64,000 nucleotides of DNA from Sphingomonadales bacterium. Its GTDB lineage: Bacteria; Pseudomonadota; Alphaproteobacteria; Sphingomonadales; Sphingomonadaceae. Where the stretch lies: contig SEFZ01000021.1 in the NCBI GenBank assembly GCA_004173185.1, positions 10,892 to 74,891 on the forward strand, given 5' to 3'. Both the position numbers and the translations under genes were made by a program. A model generated the notes under the pieces. It had not been told where the DNA came from. It did not search any database and was given only the letters and a program-made list of their open reading frames with translations. Shown one piece after another: positions 1 through 9,339 of this stretch. How positions within the stretch are numbered: the stretch's first letter is position 1; each line of letters opens with the position of its first letter.

Positions 1-197
1 CATTGCGTCGGCGTGCCCCGGCGGCCGTAGAACAGCGTGTGATGCGTGTCGGGCTTGGCGGTGGCGCGAAGCGTCGCGACATCGTCGTACAGGATCGTCG
101 ATGCGCGCCAGACCGGCGTATTGACGACGCCCCGCGTCCATTCCTTGCGGCGGCCGGCGGAAATGACCTTGGTGGCGGGCTTGGTATCGTCGCTCAT
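1..197 (-). CDS. metC: Cystathionine beta-lyase, 5' part (runs off the window start)
   Basis: Manual translation from ATG 197: MSDDTKPATKVISAGRRKEWTRGVVNTPVWRASTILYDD...LFYGRRGTPTQW. VNxPVxRASTIL and YGRxGTPT are MetC-type motifs. The ATG overlaps the upstream stop codon (ATGA). Confidence 0.88.
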   Translation of the reverse strand, partial: MSDDTKPATKVISAGRRKEWTRGVVNTPVWRASTILYDDVATLRATAKPDTHHTLFYGRRGTPTQ

Positions 198-1018
198 GCT
201 GGGCCCAATGCCTTGGGTGTCTCGGGGCGTGAACCCCATTCGGTCCAGCTGCCGTCATATAAAGCAGCCTCAACGTCGAGCAGGTGCGCGCCGAATGCGA
301 GGATCGCGGCGGTGATGCCCGAGCCACAGGTGGTGACGAGCGGTTTCGACAGATCGACGCCCTGTGCTTCAAATACCGCGCGGATCTGCTCGGGCGATTT
401 CCAGCAGCCATCCGCTTCGAAGAAATGCGGATAGGGAATGTTCTTCGCGCCGGGCATGTGCCCCGCCGCCACATCGCCGCGCGGATCGGCTTCCTCGCCG
501 GTGAAGCGGGCGGCGGACCGTGCATCGGCGATCTGCTCGGTGGTGCTCTTCATCTGATCGAGCGTGCGCGCTTGCGACTTGGCTGCGCGCGGCTGGAAGC
601 TGCCGGGCTCGGCGCGGTGTGGACCCTGCTCCAGCGCGCGCCCTTCCGCCTTCCACTTCGCCATGCCGCCATCGAGCAACGCGGCGTCCACTCCCGCAAG
701 GCGCAGCACCCACCAAGCGCGGCACGCGGTGTGGTGCGGGCTGTTGTCGTACAGCACGATCTGGGTTTCGGTATCCGCGCCCAGTTCGCGCAGCCGCTCG
801 GCGATCTTGGCGATTGGAGGCATGGTCGAGGGCAGCGGGCTGCTCTCGTCGATCAGCGTATCGAGATCGAGGAAGCGCGCGCCGGCGATATGCTCGGCTT
901 CGAATTCGGTTCGCGGGTTGCGCCGCAGCGATCCCGGGATGGTCGAGCTATAGGTTGCGTCGAGCACCAGCGCGTGCGGTGCGGTTGCCAGCCATTCGGT
1001 CGAGACCAGTCCATCCAT
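194..1018 (-). CDS. sseA: 3-mercaptopyruvate sulfurtransferase (tandem rhodanese)
   Basis: LVSTEWL start, HIAGARF, GHMPGA, active-site loop TTCGSGITA and C-terminal LYDGSWTEW signature. Start trimmed to MDGLV at 1018. Confidence 0.88.
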   Translation of the reverse strand: MDGLVSTEWLATAPHALVLDATYSSTIPGSLRRNPRTEFEAEHIAGARFLDLDTLIDESSPLPSTMPPIAKIAERLRELGADTETQIVLYDNSPHHTACRAWWVLRLAGVDAALLDGGMAKWKAEGRALEQGPHRAEPGSFQPRAAKSQARTLDQMKSTTEQIADARSAARFTGEEADPRGDVAAGHMPGAKNIPYPHFFEADGCWKSPEQIRAVFEAQGVDLSKPLVTTCGSGITAAILAFGAHLLDVEAALYDGSWTEWGSRPETPKALGPA

Positions 1019-1071
1019 CGTCAGAGTCCTAGTGGGATGCAAAGCCGCGCGCAAACGCCTACATGGCGGCA

Positions 1072-1518
1072 ATGGACGCCAAGCATCTCGGAAAGAACTC
1101 GACCCTCCCCGCTACGCCGGAAGAGGCTGAACTCGATTATGTGCCCAATCCCCGCGCGGGCACGCGCTATCTGGTGCGCTTCGCCGCGCCGGAATTCACC
1201 TCACTCTGTCCGATCACCGGCCAGCCCGATTTCGCGCATCTCGTGATCGATTATGTGCCCGGCGAGACGATCGTCGAGAGCAAGTCGCTCAAGCTGTTCC
1301 TGAGCAGCTTCCGCAACCACGGCGCTTTCCATGAGGATTGCACCGTCGGCATCGGCCAGCGGCTATTTGACGAGATGAAGCCCGAATGGTTGCGCATCGG
1401 CGGATATTGGTACCCGCGCGGGGGCATCCCGATCGACGTTTTCTGGCAATCCGGCGAGCCGCCAGCGGGTGTCTGGGTGCCTGCGCAGGACGTGCCTGGC
1501 TATCGCGGGCGCGGCTGA
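1072..1518 (+). CDS. queF: NADPH-dependent 7-cyano-7-deazaguanine reductase
   Basis: [16 protein letters not shown], QueF motif [13 protein letters not shown] and PRGGI. Confidence 0.96.
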   Translation: MDAKHLGKNSTLPATPEEAELDYVPNPRAGTRYLVRFAAPEFTSLCPITGQPDFAHLVIDYVPGETIVESKSLKLFLSSFRNHGAFHEDCTVGIGQRLFDEMKPEWLRIGGYWYPRGGIPIDVFWQSGEPPAGVWVPAQDVPGYRGRG

Positions 1519-1552
1519 CCGCCAGATTCGCCACGATTCATCGCGCTGATTA

Positions 1553-1569
1553 ATGTTGCAACGCAGCAT
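1553..1569. promoter_or_regulatory. PhaR/AniA-like imperfect palindrome
   Basis: ATGTTGCAACGCAGCAT resembles the TGC-N3-GCA-rich PhaR sites of alphaproteobacteria. Confidence 0.4.
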
Positions 1570-1573
1570 GTGC

Positions 1574-1598
1574 GCAACCATATTCAAAACAATGAGTT
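1574..1598 (+). promoter_or_regulatory. Possible EcfG (general stress sigma) promoter
   Basis: GCAAC-N17-GTT, one mismatch to GGAAC-N17-GTT. Confidence 0.3.
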
Positions 1599-1640
1599 CA
1601 GAAGAGGAAGCAGGGCGCTTGCGCCAGTAATTGCCGAAAC

Positions 1641-1654
1641 TTGATGTGCATCAG
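1641..1654. promoter_or_regulatory. Fnr/FixK-like box
   Basis: TTGAT-GTGC-ATCAG, a 9/10 match to TTGAT-N4-ATCAA, 20 nt before the ATG. Confidence 0.35.
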
Positions 1655-1674
1655 CGAAGGAGCGAGATTCTCTA

Positions 1675-3933
1675 ATGAACCGTCCGGCAATCCATCATCT
1701 CGCGCTCATCGGCAACTTCCTTCCGCGCAAGTGCGGCCTCGCGACCTTTACGACCGATACGTATAACGCGCTCAAACTCCGCTACCCGGAGCTTCAGGTC
1801 GACGTCTATGCGATGGACGACAATGTCGCGGTTTACGATTATCCCAAGGCGGTCACCGCCTCGATCCCTCAGAATGACCGTGCTGCCTATCTCGGTGCAG
1901 CCCGCGCGATCGAGGCGAGCGGTGCGCAGGCGCTTTGGATCCAGCATGAATACGGTATCTATGGAGGAGCAGCCGGCGAGTTTCTGATCGCGCTGATCGA
2001 TCGGCTGACAATCCCGGTTATAGCGACGCTGCACACCGTTCTCGAGCGCCCCAATGCCGATGAGCGCCGGGTGATGGAGGCGTTGTTGCGCCGTTCCTCG
2101 CGGGTGATCGTGATGGCCGAGCGCGGCCGCGACATCTTGAAGCGCGTCCACGGCGTCGACGACAAGAAAGTCGTGATGATCCCGCATGGCGTGCCCGATC
2201 GCGCCTTTGCTGATCCGGATGATTTCAAGGCGCAATTCGGCTGGGAAGGCCGCGATATCATTCTGACCTTCGGCCTGCTCGCGCCCAACAAGGGCATCGA
2301 GACAATGATCGAGGCGATGCCGGCGATCGTCGCTGCCGACCCCAATGCGCATTACGTCATTCTCGGCGCCACGCACCCCAATCTGGTTGCACATGAAGGC
2401 GAAGCCTATCGCGATAGGCTGAAGGCGCTGGCCGTCGAAAAGGGTGTTGGGGATCATGTCGACTTCATCGACGTGTTCGTCGAACATAACGGGCTGATCG
2501 ATTATCTGCAGGCAGCGGATGTGTATGCAACGCCGTACAACAATCCCGCCCAGATCACGTCGGGCACGCTTTCCTATGCAGTCGGTGTCGGCAAGGCGGT
2601 AGTTTCTACGCCCTATGTCCATGCCACCGAAATTCTGGCTGATGGGCACGGGGTGCTGGTCGATTTCGGTGACAGCGCGGCATTCGCTCGCGAAATCGGC
2701 GCGTTGCTGTCCAATCCTGTCGAACTCCACGCGCTTTCCCGCCGGGCCTATGTTCGGGGCCGTACCATGGTGTGGTCCGCGCTCAGCGAGCGCGCGATGC
2801 GTGAACTCAAGGATATTGTAGCGTCCAAGCCGCAGCGGCTGGGCAAGAAATCGAGCGAGTTATCGACGCTCAAGCCCGATATCTCCGCAGTCGAGCGAAT
2901 GAGCGACGCGACGGGCATGCTCCAGCATTCGATTTATTCGGTGCCCGATCGCCGCCACGGCTATTGCATCGACGACAATGCCCGCGCGCTGATCCTGATG
3001 TCTAAGATCGACGATATGGATGAAGTGCTGCGCGACAAATGGACCACGGTCTATGGCGCGTTCGTCCAATATGCGTGGAACGCCGATGCGCAGCGCTTCC
3101 GCAACTTCATGAACTTCGATCGCACCTGGTGCGAGGATGTCGGTTCGGAGGATTCGAACGGTCGGGCGCTCTGGGCTCTGGGCGTCACGGCGCGCGATGC
3201 CAAGGCGCAGAAGCATCGCGACTGGGCTTCGTCGCTGTTCGATGTCACCGGCTCGATCGGGCTCGATCTCGGCAGCCCGCGTGCCCGCGCCTTTGCGATG
3301 CTCGGCGCGGCGGCGATGCTAGATGCGCATCCTGGGCATGCCTTGTGCCGCGAAATTCTTACGCGGTTCGGCGACGAACTGATCCAGTTGCTCGATGGCG
3401 CCCGCCGCCCCGAATGGAGCTGGTTCGAGATCGTGCTGGCCTATGACAATGCCCGATTGCCCGAAGCGCTGCTGCGCGCGGGCGAGGCGCTCGGGCGCGC
3501 GGATTTCACGAATGTGGGCCTCGAGACGCTGGAATGGATCTGCGGGCGCCAGACTTCGCCCGAGGGACACTTCCGCGCGGTCGGCACCGAAAGCTTTGGT
3601 CGCGCATATGCCGAGCCCCTGGTGTTCGATCAGCAACCGCTGGAAGCGCAGGCCACCGTCGATGCCTGTGTCGCCGCGTTCGACGTGACAGGCGAGGCGC
3701 GCTGGGTGACCGAGGCGATGCGGGCCTATCGCTGGTATCTGGGCGCCAACGATCTCGAAATGCCGCTCGCCAGTCCGAAGGATGGCGGCTGTTTTGACGG
3801 GCTGATGCCGCACGGGCTCAACCGGAATCAGGGTGCCGAATCGATTTTGGCACTTCAGCTGGCGAATTGCGCCATTTCTGCCCTTTCAAAGTCGGCGAAA
3901 ACCGTGGCAGGACCTGAACGTGCCGTTGCCTGA
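1675..3933 (+). CDS. GT4 glycosyltransferase fused to a C-terminal six-hairpin glycosidase-like domain
   Basis: N-terminal GT-B motifs PRKCGLATF, IQHEYGIYG, TFGLLAPNKGIE, QITSGTLSYA. C-terminal motifs TGMLQH, GYCIDDNARAL, LAYDNARL, FDQQPLEA, NQGAES. Confidence 0.88.
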   Translation: MNRPAIHHLALIGNFLPRKCGLATFTTDTYNALKLRYPELQVDVYAMDDNVAVYDYPKAVTASIPQNDRAAYLGAARAIEASGAQALWIQHEYGIYGGAAGEFLIALIDRLTIPVIATLHTVLERPNADERRVMEALLRRSSRVIVMAERGRDILKRVHGVDDKKVVMIPHGVPDRAFADPDDFKAQFGWEGRDIILTFGLLAPNKGIETMIEAMPAIVAADPNAHYVILGATHPNLVAHEGEAYRDRLKALAVEKGVGDHVDFIDVFVEHNGLIDYLQAADVYATPYNNPAQITSGTLSYAVGVGKAVVSTPYVHATEILADGHGVLVDFGDSAAFAREIGALLSNPVELHALSRRAYVRGRTMVWSALSERAMRELKDIVASKPQRLGKKSSELSTLKPDISAVERMSDATGMLQHSIYSVPDRRHGYCIDDNARALILMSKIDDMDEVLRDKWTTVYGAFVQYAWNADAQRFRNFMNFDRTWCEDVGSEDSNGRALWALGVTARDAKAQKHRDWASSLFDVTGSIGLDLGSPRARAFAMLGAAAMLDAHPGHALCREILTRFGDELIQLLDGARRPEWSWFEIVLAYDNARLPEALLRAGEALGRADFTNVGLETLEWICGRQTSPEGHFRAVGTESFGRAYAEPLVFDQQPLEAQATVDACVAAFDVTGEARWVTEAMRAYRWYLGANDLEMPLASPKDGGCFDGLMPHGLNRNQGAESILALQLANCAISALSKSAKTVAGPERAVA

Positions 3934-3975
3934 TTTAGGTTAGCCGGCCGAAGAACGGCTTTCCCCGGGGGTGCG

Positions 3976-5262
3976 ATGCTCGATCTGTTCAACCACGAAT
4001 TACGGCTCCGTGCCGATCCTTCGCGTGTTGTGGTGCGGCCGTTCCATATTGCCTGGCAGTCGAGCGGGCAGGGGCCGAGCCGCAGCGAGCGCCTTGTCGC
4101 CAATGTCCTCCAGATGTCCCCGGGCGAAGCGCGCCAGCAGTTGGAAGTCGTGCTCAAGGATTTCGAGGCGCGCCACTGGCAGACCCGCCGCGTTTTCATG
4201 ACGCGCTATGACGAGGTTGAGGGCCTGCTCAATCTCAATGGTGCCGAGATCGGCGACGAGAAACGCCAGCTCATCGGCGCCTATTTCTGCCACGAATATA
4301 GCTATGCCGCCGCTGCGCTGATGAACCCCAGCGCCGTGCCGCATTATGACCAGTCCGGCATGCCCGAAGGATCGCTGCGCATCCTGATGAGCTTGCGCGC
4401 GGTGGGCGAAGGTCACATCTCGTCGGTCGCGTTCCGCGAAGGCATCATCACCGACAAGAACGAGCTGACGCTCGCCCCCGAGCCGCCCTTCGCCACGGCG
4501 GCGGACGCGCGCGGCGCGGAAGAGGATCACATGCCCGAAGGGCCGGTGACCGTGTTCCGCCATCGCGATTCCACGCTTTCGGGCACGGTGATCTTCCCGA
4601 TCACCGCGGCGCAATCGAACGGTCTGGAAGATCTGCGCATCTGCCACTTCTTCCACGACGATGGCACCGAAGAATGGATTGGCACCTACACCGCCTATAA
4701 TGGCTCGCAGATCCAGTCCGAGCTGCTGCGCACGACCGACTGGCGCAGCTTCGATCTGGTGCCAATGGCCGGCAGTGCGGCGCGCAACAAAGGCATGGCG
4801 CTGTTCCCCCGCAAGGTGGGTGGGAGGTACATGATGCTCGGGCGGCAGGATGGTGAAAACATCTTCCTGCACACCTCCGACACGCTGACCGATTGGGAGG
4901 GTGGCGACCTTCTCATGAAGCCCGAATATCCTTGGGAACTCGTTCAGATGGGCAATTGCGGGCCGCCGATCGAGATCGATGAAGGTTGGCTGGTGCTTAC
5001 CCATGGCGTGGGCGCGATGCGCAAATATTCGATCGGCGCGGCGTTGCTCGACAAGGACGACCCTTCGAAGGTGCTTGCCCGCTCTAAGGAGCCGCTGCTC
5101 GCCGCCGCAGACCAGGATCGCGAGGGCTATGTGCCCAACGTGGTCTATACCTGCGGCGCGATCCGCCATGGGGACAAATTGTTCATCCCCTATGGGGTTG
5201 CAGACAGCTCGGTCGCCTTTGCCTTTGTGCCTATCCAGTCGATCCTAGATCAGATGGCCTGA
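3976..5262 (+). CDS. GH130 family mannoside phosphorylase/glycosidase
   Basis: LMNPS, catalytic-Asp motif GLEDLR, YTAYNG, NKGMALFPRK, WLVLTHGV and GYVPNVVY. Confidence 0.88.
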   Translation: MLDLFNHELRLRADPSRVVVRPFHIAWQSSGQGPSRSERLVANVLQMSPGEARQQLEVVLKDFEARHWQTRRVFMTRYDEVEGLLNLNGAEIGDEKRQLIGAYFCHEYSYAAAALMNPSAVPHYDQSGMPEGSLRILMSLRAVGEGHISSVAFREGIITDKNELTLAPEPPFATAADARGAEEDHMPEGPVTVFRHRDSTLSGTVIFPITAAQSNGLEDLRICHFFHDDGTEEWIGTYTAYNGSQIQSELLRTTDWRSFDLVPMAGSAARNKGMALFPRKVGGRYMMLGRQDGENIFLHTSDTLTDWEGGDLLMKPEYPWELVQMGNCGPPIEIDEGWLVLTHGVGAMRKYSIGAALLDKDDPSKVLARSKEPLLAAADQDREGYVPNVVYTCGAIRHGDKLFIPYGVADSSVAFAFVPIQSILDQMA

Positions 5263-5275
5263 GCGCCAGCGCTGC

Positions 5276-5313
5276 TGCGGCGCGACGTCACGCGGATGCG
5301 TGCGTCGCCCGCA
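5276..5313. terminator. Long imperfect hairpin between convergent genes
   Basis: TGCGG-C-GCGACG-T-CACGC-GGAT-GCGTG-CGTCGC-CCGCA; no U-tract. Confidence 0.45.
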
Positions 5314-5331
5314 ACGGCGATGTGAGACGCG

Positions 5332-7356
5332 CTAGCGGAAGCTTGCGATGTCCTGATCGATCGGCGGTTCGGATGCCGGGGGTGCGCTGCGGACCATCTT
5401 GCGCGTGACCGAATAGGCAATCGCGATCAGCCCGAAGAACAGGAACGGCGCGCCCCAGAGCGCGTAATGCTCAAACTCCGGCCCCATGAGCGACAGCGGC
5501 GCATCGTTCGGCGGGATTGGCGAATCGCGGTTTGCCCAGGCGAGGATGCCCGCATAGGCCACGCCGAACAGGCTCTCACCCACGATAAGCCCGGTAGCCG
5601 CCAGCACGCCCATCCGCTCGGCGAATTCGGGGTTCTGCTGGCGCTTGGCCCAGCGATTGTAGAGATAGCCGATCAGAGCGCCAACAGGGATCAGCAACGT
5701 CAGCGCCATCGGCAGATAGATGCCCATGCCGACCGCGAGCGGGGGCATGCGCATCTTGCCCGACTTGCCGAGGATCTCGTCGAGGATGATCACGCCAACG
5801 CCGATCAGTGCGCCAAGACCGATCAGGTTCCAGTTGATGTCGCCGCCGAGCACGCCCTTTGCGATCGAGGAGATCAAGGCGGCCTGCGGCGCGGAAAGTG
5901 CGTTCGGCCCGGCGCCGGGCATGCCGACGAAACCGAGCGTGTTCTTGAGCAGATCGAGCACCAGCGGGATCGCGAGGCTGCCGAATATCACGCCGAGGAT
6001 CAGCGCGAACTGCTGCTTCCACGGCGTCGCGCCCACCAACTGACCGGTCTTGAGATCCTGAAGATTGTCGTTCGAAATCGTTGCGATCGAGAAGATGATC
6101 GCGGTGGTGAAAAGCGCATAGGCGATCAGCGCATTGGTATCCGCCACGTTCTCCTGCTGGCCGAAGATCAGCACGAGCAGCAAAGATGCACCGAGCACGG
6201 CGAGAATGCCAACGCCCGAGACCGGCGAGTTCGAAGCACCGATCAGGCCGGCCATATAGCCGCAGATCGCTGCGATCAGCACGCCGACGATGAGGATGTA
6301 GAGCAGCGATCCGCCGATCACCATCAGCGGATTGTCATGGACCGGGCCGCCCACCGAGAAGTCGTAAAGCAGCCATGCGATCGGCGCGAGGATGAGCAGG
6401 GTTACCAGCGCCACTATGCCGATCGGGATGTCGCGCTCGGTGAGGTCGAGCGCCTCGCCACCCCTGCGCGCGCGCGAAGCGGCCAACGCCGAGCGCAGAC
6501 CCGAGATGATCGGTCCGATGATCCGCAGCAGCGACCAGATCGCCGCGACGCCGATCGTACCCGCGCCGATGAAGCGGACCTCCCCACGGAACGTGCCGCC
6601 GACCACCGCATCGATGGTGCCCGAGAAATCGGCGCTGGCGGCGAAATAGGGGACGAGTACGCCCCATGAGAGGATCATGCCGAACAGCATCGCCACGCCG
6701 ACCGAAATCCCGACGAGATGCCCCACGCCGATCAGCAGCATCGACCAGCTGGCCGACCAGCCGGTCGCAGTGCCGCCAATCGCGAAATTCTTGCCTGCTT
6801 CTTCGGCGACGAACTTCATCTTGGCGAGCAATGCGAACGCGCCCGAGAATAGCGCGCCGATCATCAGCGTGCGCAGCCCGCGCGAATTCTCCGCATCGCC
6901 CGAGGCTGAGTTCGACCCAACCTTGAGCACTTCGGCGGCCGCGACGCCTTCGGGATAAGGAAGCGTCGATCCAGTGACGAGCGCACGGCGCAGCGGCACG
7001 GAGAACATCACGCCAAGGATACCACCGGTCGTGCAGACCGCGACCGTCGTCCAATAGGGGAAGCCCGACCACCAGCCGACCATGATAAGCCCCGGCAGCA
7101 CGAAGACGATCGCCGCCAGCGTGCCCGCGGCAGAGGCGATGGTCTGAACGATATTGTTCTCAAGGATCGACGACCCCTTGAAGAAGCGCAGAATCGCCAT
7201 CGAGACGACCGCAGCGGGGATCGACGTGGCAAAGGTGAGCCCGACCTTGAGCCCGGCATAGACGTTCGCCGCGGTGAACAGGATGGTGATGATCGCCCCG
7301 AGGACGATGCCCCGGATGGTGAGTTCTGCCATCGGGCGGCTGGGTTCGGTGGCCAT
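5332..7356 (-). CDS. OPT family oligopeptide transporter
   Basis: ELTIRG, NVYAGLKVGLTFATSIPAAV, ENNIVQT, LPYPEG, NSPVSG, DNLQDLKTG; many hydrophobic segments. Confidence 0.93.
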   Translation of the reverse strand: MATEPSRPMAELTIRGIVLGAIITILFTAANVYAGLKVGLTFATSIPAAVVSMAILRFFKGSSILENNIVQTIASAAGTLAAIVFVLPGLIMVGWWSGFPYWTTVAVCTTGGILGVMFSVPLRRALVTGSTLPYPEGVAAAEVLKVGSNSASGDAENSRGLRTLMIGALFSGAFALLAKMKFVAEEAGKNFAIGGTATGWSASWSMLLIGVGHLVGISVGVAMLFGMILSWGVLVPYFAASADFSGTIDAVVGGTFRGEVRFIGAGTIGVAAIWSLLRIIGPIISGLRSALAASRARRGGEALDLTERDIPIGIVALVTLLILAPIAWLLYDFSVGGPVHDNPLMVIGGSLLYILIVGVLIAAICGYMAGLIGASNSPVSGVGILAVLGASLLLVLIFGQQENVADTNALIAYALFTTAIIFSIATISNDNLQDLKTGQLVGATPWKQQFALILGVIFGSLAIPLVLDLLKNTLGFVGMPGAGPNALSAPQAALISSIAKGVLGGDINWNLIGLGALIGVGVIILDEILGKSGKMRMPPLAVGMGIYLPMALTLLIPVGALIGYLYNRWAKRQQNPEFAERMGVLAATGLIVGESLFGVAYAGILAWANRDSPIPPNDAPLSLMGPEFEHYALWGAPFLFFGLIAIAYSVTRKMVRSAPPASEPPIDQDIASFR

Positions 7357-7381
7357 TTGGCGGGCTCCGGGAATTGGAAGG

Positions 7382-7462
7382 TTAGGCGAAGGTCAGGCCA
7401 ATGCGCGATTGGCGCTGCCCAACGGCGGGCGCGACAGATGCGAAAGGCCAGTACGCGGTCAT
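7382..7462 (-). CDS. Putative leader peptide (uORF), 26 aa
   Basis: ATG ACC GCG TAC TGG CCT TTC...GCC TAA gives MTAYWPFASVAPAVGQRQSRIGLTFA. It ends 25 nt before the OPT start, with a -10-like hexamer (CACGCT) 6 nt upstream. Confidence 0.4.
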   Translation of the reverse strand: MTAYWPFASVAPAVGQRQSRIGLTFA

Positions 7463-7588
7463 GGCGTCAGCGTGGCATGGGTCGGCGATGTAAGACAGCG
7501 ATTTTTCGGCTGGGGGCCGTGCGGCGCGATGGAGCAAGGACGTGCCATCGCGCCGAACGTTATTTTCGCCTTGGATAGCTGCGCGTCT

Positions 7589-9250
7589 TCATCGGCCCTT
7601 GAACAAGCCGCCGAGTACGCCGCGCACCAGCCCACCGATCATGCTCGCGCCAACCCCGCTCTTCTTGCCGAACACTGCTTTCGACACCTCTCCCGCAACG
7701 GCGCGGCCCGCTGCCGATGTGGCGGAGCGGGTGGCGGAATTGATGGCGCGGTTCCACGGATTATTGGCGGCCTCGCGTTCGGCGTCGCGCGTGGCCTGGC
7801 GCTCGAGGCGGGCAGTGCGGTCGGCGTCGCGCTGTTCGGCCAGGCGCGCGCGTTCGGCTTCCTTGGCGAGGCGAGCGTCTTCCTTGGCCTGAAGCGCAGC
7901 GGCTTTTTGGGCTTCGGTGTCGGCCTTGGCCTCCGCGGCGGCAGCGGCTGCTTCGGCGCCCTTGGCGGCCAGCAATTCCTCGGCGGATTCGCGATCCACG
8001 AGCGTGTCGTATTTGTCGCCGATCGCGTCGGTCTGGATCAATACGCCGCGCTCGACCGGGGTTACCGGGCCGACGCGTGAGCCGGGTGGCTTGATCAGCG
8101 CGCGCTCGACGGGGGCGGGTGCGCCATCGGCCTGAAGCATCGAAACGAGCGCTTCGCCGACTTTTAGTTCAGTGATCACGGTAGCGACATCGACGCCGGG
8201 ATTGGCGCGGAAGGTGGTTGCCGCCGCTTTGACCGCCGCCTGATCGCGCGGGGTAAAGGCGCGCAGCGCGTGCTGGACGCGGTTGCCGAGCTGGCCCGCG
8301 ATGCTGTCCGGCACGTCGATCGGGTTTTGTGTGATGAAATAGACGCCGACGCCTTTCGAGCGGATCAGGCGGACGACCTGCTCGATCTTTTCGAGCAACG
8401 CCTTGGGCGCATCATCGAACAGCAAATGGGCTTCGTCGAAGAAGAACGCCAGCTTGGGCTTATCGGGATCGCCGACTTCGGGAAGGTGCTCGAACAAGGC
8501 CGAGAGCAGCCAGAGCAGGAAGGTGGCGTAGAGCTTGGGGCTCGCCATGAGCTTGTCGGCGGCGAGGATATTGACGACGCCGCGACCCTTGTCGTCGAGC
8601 TGGATGAAATCGCTCATTGCCAGCGCGGGTTCGCCGAAGAAATGTTCACCGCCCTGCGAGCGGAGCTGGAGCAGCGAACGCTGGATCGCGCCCACCGATT
8701 GCTTCGAGACGTTGCCATAGGTCGCGGTCAGCTCATCGGCGCGTTCGGCGCAGTGGAGCAGCATCGACTGGAGATCATCGAGATCGAGGATCAACAGCCC
8801 TTCCTTGTCGGCAAGGGTGAAGGCGATGGTGAGCACGCCTTCCTGCACGTCGTTGAGGTCCAGCAGGCGGCTGAGGAGGAGGGGGCCCATCTCGCTGATC
8901 GTGGTGCGGATCGGGTGGCCCTGTTGGCCATACAGGTCCCAGAATTGCGTGGGCGTATCGGCATAGGCCCAATTGGTCTGGCCGATCTCGGTCGCGCGCG
9001 CGGCGAAGGTCTCGTGCATCTTGCCAGTCGGCGAACCGGCCATTGCCAGGCCGGAGAGATCGCCCTTCACGTCGGCTACGAAACAAGGGACGCCGGCGGC
9101 GGAAAGCCCCTCGATCATGCCCTGGATGGTGACAGTCTTACCGGTGCCGGTCGCGCCCGCGATCAGGCCGTGGCGATTGGCGCGCTTGAGGTTGAGCTCG
9201 ATCGGCGTGCTGCCCGCCGATCCAATGAAAATGCCCGTTTCACCCGCCAT
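7589..9250 (-). CDS. HerA-like P-loop ATPase (DUF853/YjgR family)
   Basis: NRHGLIAGATGTGKT, DVKGDLSG, FFDEAHLLF, RSKGVGVYF, QLGNRVQH; Ala/Glu-rich coiled-coil C-terminus. Confidence 0.92.
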   Translation of the reverse strand: MAGETGIFIGSAGSTPIELNLKRANRHGLIAGATGTGKTVTIQGMIEGLSAAGVPCFVADVKGDLSGLAMAGSPTGKMHETFAARATEIGQTNWAYADTPTQFWDLYGQQGHPIRTTISEMGPLLLSRLLDLNDVQEGVLTIAFTLADKEGLLILDLDDLQSMLLHCAERADELTATYGNVSKQSVGAIQRSLLQLRSQGGEHFFGEPALAMSDFIQLDDKGRGVVNILAADKLMASPKLYATFLLWLLSALFEHLPEVGDPDKPKLAFFFDEAHLLFDDAPKALLEKIEQVVRLIRSKGVGVYFITQNPIDVPDSIAGQLGNRVQHALRAFTPRDQAAVKAAATTFRANPGVDVATVITELKVGEALVSMLQADGAPAPVERALIKPPGSRVGPVTPVERGVLIQTDAIGDKYDTLVDRESAEELLAAKGAEAAAAAAEAKADTEAQKAAALQAKEDARLAKEAERARLAEQRDADRTARLERQATRDAEREAANNPWNRAINSATRSATSAAGRAVAGEVSKAVFGKKSGVGASMIGGLVRGVLGGLFKGR

Positions 9251-9339
9251 ACCGCGCTCCTCTTCCAAGAAGTCAGCAATAGGGGAGAAACGGGCATTGT
9301 CACCAGTGCGCTCGCCAAAGCGAGCACCCGGAAAGTTAG

